Virus record (IMG/VR): IMGVR_UViG_3300035703_002363
Location: 1 to 16,233 of that record
From: a virus
Direction: 5' to 3' (one strand)
DNA length: 16,233 nucleotides
In this document: positions 13,122 to 16,233 of the stretch, in pieces
How positions within the stretch are numbered: position 1 is the first letter of the stretch
Layout of the letters: each line of letters starts with the position of its first letter
Translations under genes and position numbers: made by a program
Notes under the pieces: generated by a model
Told to the model about the DNA's origin: nothing
Database searches by the model: none
What the model saw: the letters and a program-made list of their open reading frames with translations, nothing else

Positions 13122-13630
13122 CAGCTGCTCCCTTCTGCATCGGCGAGGTCTCGGAGGGTGTCGACGATTGCGACGACGGATCCGGCCACGTAGGCGCGGC
13201 CCACTTGGCTGGCTGCGTCGAATGCGATGCGGCCTTGTTTCACTCGTCCGGGGAATTGGCGGTTGAGTGTTCGGGTGACGGTGTGGGTGCCGCCGTTCGG
13301 GTTGCGGCGGGTGTAGCGGGCTCGGAAGTTGCGGGCTCCGAACTCGATACCAGGCCAGTCCTGAGCGGGTACGAACCCGCCCCGTAGGGCTCGGCGGCTG
13401 GTGGCGGCGCGGACGCCGATGCCGTTGGTCGACACCGAGGCGCCCGCGCCGCGCAGCATGACGAGGCGTTCGAAACCACCGCTCTTGGTTCTGCTCTCGA
13501 GTTCTCGACGCCACCGTGGGGTGACTTCCTGCCGTGCGGCTGCGGTCATCGCGCTGCGCACGGTTGAGGGGGCACGCTTCATCGCCAGGATGGTTGCCTG
13601 GAGTGGAGCGTTGTCGAGGATGGAGAGCAT
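13121..13630 (-). CDS. HK97 gp10-like tail-completion/neck-type protein in the slot usually held by tail assembly chaperones
   Basis: 169 aa. N-terminus LQATILAMKRAPSTVRSAMTAAARQEV and an IEFGARN (EFG) motif resemble the HK97 gp10 family as I recall it. No slippery sequence was seen. Confidence 0.4.
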   Translation of the reverse strand: MLSILDNAPLQATILAMKRAPSTVRSAMTAAARQEVTPRWRRELESRTKSGGFERLVMLRGAGASVSTNGIGVRAATSRRALRGGFVPAQDWPGIEFGARNFRARYTRRNPNGGTHTVTRTLNRQFPGRVKQGRIAFDAASQVGRAYVAGSVVAIVDTLRDLADAEGSS

Positions 13631-13636
13631 CGGGCG

Positions 13637-14302
13637 TTAGGCGGTGTAGGTGTACTCGCTACCGGCCGAGCCGTCGACGCTGTTGGTGACGATGACGTCG
13701 ATCGCGCCCGCGGCGTGTGCGGGTGCGTAGGCGTGGATCAGCGTCGGGCTGATGACGAAGAAGCTCGTGGCGTCGGTGCCGTCGAACGTGACGGCGGTGA
13801 CCTGGCGGAATCCGGTGCCGACGATCGCGACGAGGGTGCCACCGGCTGCGGCGCCTTCGTCGGGGGTCAGGGTGGTGATGACCGGTGCGACGAGGGTGGC
13901 GAAGGCGGCGACGGGCTTGCTCGACATGCAGGCGATCGTCTGCTGGTGGTACTGACCGCGCGCGCCACCGATGGTGAGGTGCGGGAAGGTGATCGTGGCG
14001 GTCTCGGTGTACGGGCTGTCGGGGTTCGGCTGCCATTCGATCTCTGCGGTCTCGCCGGCGTTGGCTCGGATGAGGTGGTAGAGGCTGTCGGGGTTGTCGT
14101 AGTCGTTGCCGAGGTCGATGCTGGCGGTGTAGCCGGTGAGGTCTTCGCTCTCGATGAAGCTGTCCTCAGTGCCGCCCTGCCACGATTGGCGCGAGACGGT
14201 CGGGGTGAAGGTCACGTTGCTCACGTGCTTTTCGAAGTTGTCGGTGCCGATGCGCACGCGCAGGTTGGCCGCGCGCCGCATCTGGTGGTTGATCTGAGTC
14301 AT
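13637..14302 (-). CDS. Major tail protein with C-terminal Ig-like (IPT/TIG-type) domain
   Basis: 221 aa with a strong AGGAGAAAG SD. C-terminus PVITTLTPDEGAAAGGTLVAIVGTGFRQVTAVTFDGTDATSFFVISPTLIHAYAPAHAAGAIDVIVT matches the IPT/TIG pattern. Position fits a major tail protein. Confidence 0.7.
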   Translation of the reverse strand: MTQINHQMRRAANLRVRIGTDNFEKHVSNVTFTPTVSRQSWQGGTEDSFIESEDLTGYTASIDLGNDYDNPDSLYHLIRANAGETAEIEWQPNPDSPYTETATITFPHLTIGGARGQYHQQTIACMSSKPVAAFATLVAPVITTLTPDEGAAAGGTLVAIVGTGFRQVTAVTFDGTDATSFFVISPTLIHAYAPAHAAGAIDVIVTNSVDGSAGSEYTYTA

Positions 14303-14313
14303 GGTGCTTTCTC

Positions 14314-14685
14314 CTAGCTGCTCGTGGTTGTGATGGTCTGCGCGGTGACGCGCACGGCCTGGGGGCCGTCGGGGTGTGCGGTGATCTCGGCTGCAGTCCA
14401 GTCGATCCAGCCGATGCCGTTGATGAGCTCGTGCACCTCAGCCCAGAGGCTTTCGAGTTGGTCTTCGACGATCTCGGGGTCGGTGCTTTCGATGTAGAGC
14501 CAGAGTTCCCAGTTGGCGACCATCTGCCCCTCGTAGGGGGCGGGTGCCCATCCGGCGCGCACGATCTGGATGCCGCCGATCATTGACGGGTCGAGGGTCG
14601 TGAGGTTGCCGGCGTCTGCGGTGACGAGGATGGTTTCGGGCATCTGCTCCTGGAGAGCGGCCTTGAGTGCTTGGCGCGAGCTCAT
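14314..14685 (-). CDS. Head-tail joining / tail terminator-type protein (123 aa)
   Basis: Trimmed from track ORF 14314..14991 to ATG 14685 (ATGA overlap). Sequence begins MSSRQALKAALQEQMPETILV... Lies between the connector and the major tail gene. Confidence 0.5.
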   Translation of the reverse strand: MSSRQALKAALQEQMPETILVTADAGNLTTLDPSMIGGIQIVRAGWAPAPYEGQMVANWELWLYIESTDPEIVEDQLESLWAEVHELINGIGWIDWTAAEITAHPDGPQAVRVTAQTITTTSS

Positions 14686-15029
14686 CAGCCGACTCCGGGG
14701 TGCGGGGGGAAGGCGAGGCGCATGAGGGCGGCGCTGAAGTCTGAGGATCGGGGCGGGCTGGCGTTGCCTTCGATGCCGATCGAGCCGTCTGCGTTGCCCG
14801 CCTTCGATGACTCGTGGAGGGCTTGCGCCTGTCGCCAGTGAAGGCGGGCGATGCGCGCGGGGATCTCCTCGTCGTCGTCGCCGGTGAGTGGTGCGTCGAG
14901 TCCGGCTGGCTTGATGGCGATGATCTGCTCTTGCGCGGTGTCGAGTAGTTCGGTGAGGGTGGCCTCGCTGAGGTTCTTGGCGTCGCTCCACACTTGCTTG
15001 ACGGTGGTGGTGGTGTGCCAGGTGCTCAT
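14685..15029 (-). CDS. Head-tail connector/adaptor (gp6-like) protein (114 aa)
   Basis: First ORF after the capsid gene, with a GAGGAGGA SD. Size and N-terminal helical region fit head-tail adaptors. Called from position and composition. Confidence 0.55.
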   Translation of the reverse strand: MSTWHTTTTVKQVWSDAKNLSEATLTELLDTAQEQIIAIKPAGLDAPLTGDDDEEIPARIARLHWRQAQALHESSKAGNADGSIGIEGNASPPRSSDFSAALMRLAFPPHPGVG

Positions 15030-15055
15030 GATGTCCTCCTCGTGGTGTGTGGGGT

Positions 15056-15090
15056 GCTCGCCCCGGCCGGTGCCGTCGGCCGGGGCGAGC
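15056..15090 (-). terminator. Strong GC-rich hairpin just downstream of the capsid gene (attenuator or stabiliser; no U-tract)
   Basis: GCTCGCCCCGGCCG-gtgccgt-CGGCCGGGGCGAGC gives a perfect 14-bp stem and a 7-nt loop. It lies 16 nt after the capsid stop (15106) and before the next gene's SD. Confidence 0.5.
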
Positions 15091-15105
15091 GGTGAGAGGT
15101 GGCTG

Positions 15106-16233
15106 CTAGGTGGGCAGGACCTCGTCGTAGGTGCGCTTGACGATCAGACGGGGGTCGTGGTCGTCGAGACGCAGGTACGAGAACACGCCGATGTCGACGC
15201 CGCCCTTGGGCACGTTGTCCGCGTAGACCTGGAACGGCGCGCGCTCTTTGACCATGAGGGCCCGGTTGTCGAAGGCGACGACCTGGTTGGCGGCGAGCGT
15301 GGAGTCGTGCTCGAGCACGGTGCCGCCGATGGTGCCGGTCTCCTCAGAGAAGTCCATGCCCACGTTGGCGGTGCGCAGCCACAGCGGCAGGGTGTCGCTG
15401 TTGAGGTCTTCGAAGGCGTCCCACATCGTGGTGCCGAGGAAGAACCGGTTGGCGCGGCCTCCGTCGATGCTGTTGACATCGCGGCGCAGCTGCTTGAGCA
15501 GCGCGAGCACGCTACCCGTGCCGACGGTCTCGGTGCCGCCGACGGTGGCGCCGGGGGCCTGAGCGGCGGCGAGCACGCGGGTTCGGATGCCGGCGTTCGA
15601 CTTCTGGCGGTAGCTCTTGGCGACAGCCTCGAGGAACGATGCGGTGAACTCGGGGTCGGCGAAGTCGATAAACGCGCGGTCGACATCCCATCCGGCCGCG
15701 ATGCGGAAGGCCGTGAAGGTGTCGGAGACGGTCGAGATGTCGTTCGAGGGCACCTCGGTCTTGTTGCCGCTGTACTCGTCGACCTCGGGTGCTTCGCCCT
15801 CGGTCCAGCGCCACCCCTTGCCCTTGAGGCTCGTGAGGGGGCCGGGGGTGCCGATAGCGTCGATCCAGGGGCGGCGCGCGTCCTCGGCTTCGAACAGTTT
15901 GCCGAGCCACTCGGTGCGCAGGAATGCCTCGCCCGCGTCGTCGGCGGGGATCACGTCGCTGATCGCGAGCATGACGCGCTGCGGCTGTCCAGTCTGCGCG
16001 GCGGCGGCGATGTGCTGCGCTGCGGTCTGGAGCGAGAAGCCGCGGTCGCGGGTCTCCAGTTGGGGGCGGTGCGGCGCGACGGGCTCGGGTCCGGCCGCGA
16101 CGTTGAGGGGGACCACGGGGGCGGCGGCCTGGGTGGGGGTGCCGGTTGCGGCGAGGTCGGCGACGGGCGCCGGGTCGCTGTTGCCGGTGACCTCGGCGCG
16201 CTGGGCGGCGAGGTGGGCCTGGAGCTGCTCGTC
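15106..16233 (-). CDS. Major capsid protein (HK97-fold type), 3' part of the protease-capsid fusion ORF
   Basis: Track ORF 15106..16116 remains open upstream to the window end. It continues in frame into 1..784 through the 127-bp overlap. Capsid-like sequence: ...KGKGWRWTEGEAPEVDEYSGNKTEVPSN...RIAAGWDVDRAFIDF...LGTTMWDAFEDL... Confidence 0.88.
   Translation of the reverse strand, partial: DEQLQAHLAAQRAEVTGNSDPAPVADLAATGTPTQAAAPVVPLNVAAGPEPVAPHRPQLETRDRGFSLQTAAQHIAAAAQTGQPQRVMLAISDVIPADDAGEAFLRTEWLGKLFEAEDARRPWIDAIGTPGPLTSLKGKGWRWTEGEAPEVDEYSGNKTEVPSNDISTVSDTFTAFRIAAGWDVDRAFIDFADPEFTASFLEAVAKSYRQKSNAGIRTRVLAAAQAPGATVGGTETVGTGSVLALLKQLRRDVNSIDGGRANRFFLGTTMWDAFEDLNSDTLPLWLRTANVGMDFSEETGTIGGTVLEHDSTLAANQVVAFDNRALMVKERAPFQVYADNVPKGGVDIGVFSYLRLDDHDPRLIVKRTYDEVLPT
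16107..16233. repeat. Terminal overlap copy 2 (identical to 1-127)
   Basis: Same as copy 1. Confidence 0.9.

Larger units (their letters stand above)
1..16233. mobile_element. Complete circularised genome of a small temperate siphovirus-like actinophage (unit length 16,106 bp)
   Basis: Full set of modules is present: HNH, TerS, TerL, portal, protease-MCP, connectors, tail, lysis, repressor and integrase. The window ends are identical over 127 bp, and the capsid ORF stays in frame across the junction. Confidence 0.85.

Noticed and set aside
13121-13514. Open frame upstream of the tape measure ATG as a possible chaperone frameshift (GT-like) extension
   Set aside because: The frame is continuous with the tape measure itself and Arg/Pro-rich. 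No slippery heptamer was found in the overlapping 169-aa ORF.

Overview
The window is one complete, circularly closed genome of a very small temperate tailed phage from a high-GC actinobacterial background. Bases 1-127 are identical to 16107-16233, so the non-redundant unit is 16,106 bp. I call about 30 tightly packed genes. The minus strand carries one long series of genes: a small leaderless-looking membrane peptide, a wHTH initiator-like gene, a RHH/HTH protein, several small unknown ORFs, HNH endonuclease, small and large terminase, portal, a prohead protease fused in frame to the major capsid protein (this ORF spans the window junction), connectors, major tail protein, tape measure, three minor tail proteins, M23 endolysin and two holin-like membrane proteins. 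The plus strand carries a lysogeny operon: Cro/C1-type repressor, four small unknown ORFs and a short tyrosine integrase. The most interesting signal is a 3' fragment of a tRNA-Arg(ACG)-like gene (candidate attP core) inside the 3' end of the repressor ORF. This is the architecture of integration-dependent immunity known from mycobacteriophage BPs and relatives. The phage copy differs from the usual tRNA consensus at exactly the base that would otherwise create an in-frame TGA. Other notable points: the protease-capsid fusion has a strong internal SD-ATG; a lambda-ori-like cluster of 20-bp palindromes plus an AT-rich patch sits inside the initiator-like gene; about 18 gene junctions use ATGA/GTGA-type overlaps; no canonical frameshifted tail chaperone pair is present. 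No rRNA, intact tRNA or CRISPR array was seen. All function calls come from motif recognition by eye, with no database searches.
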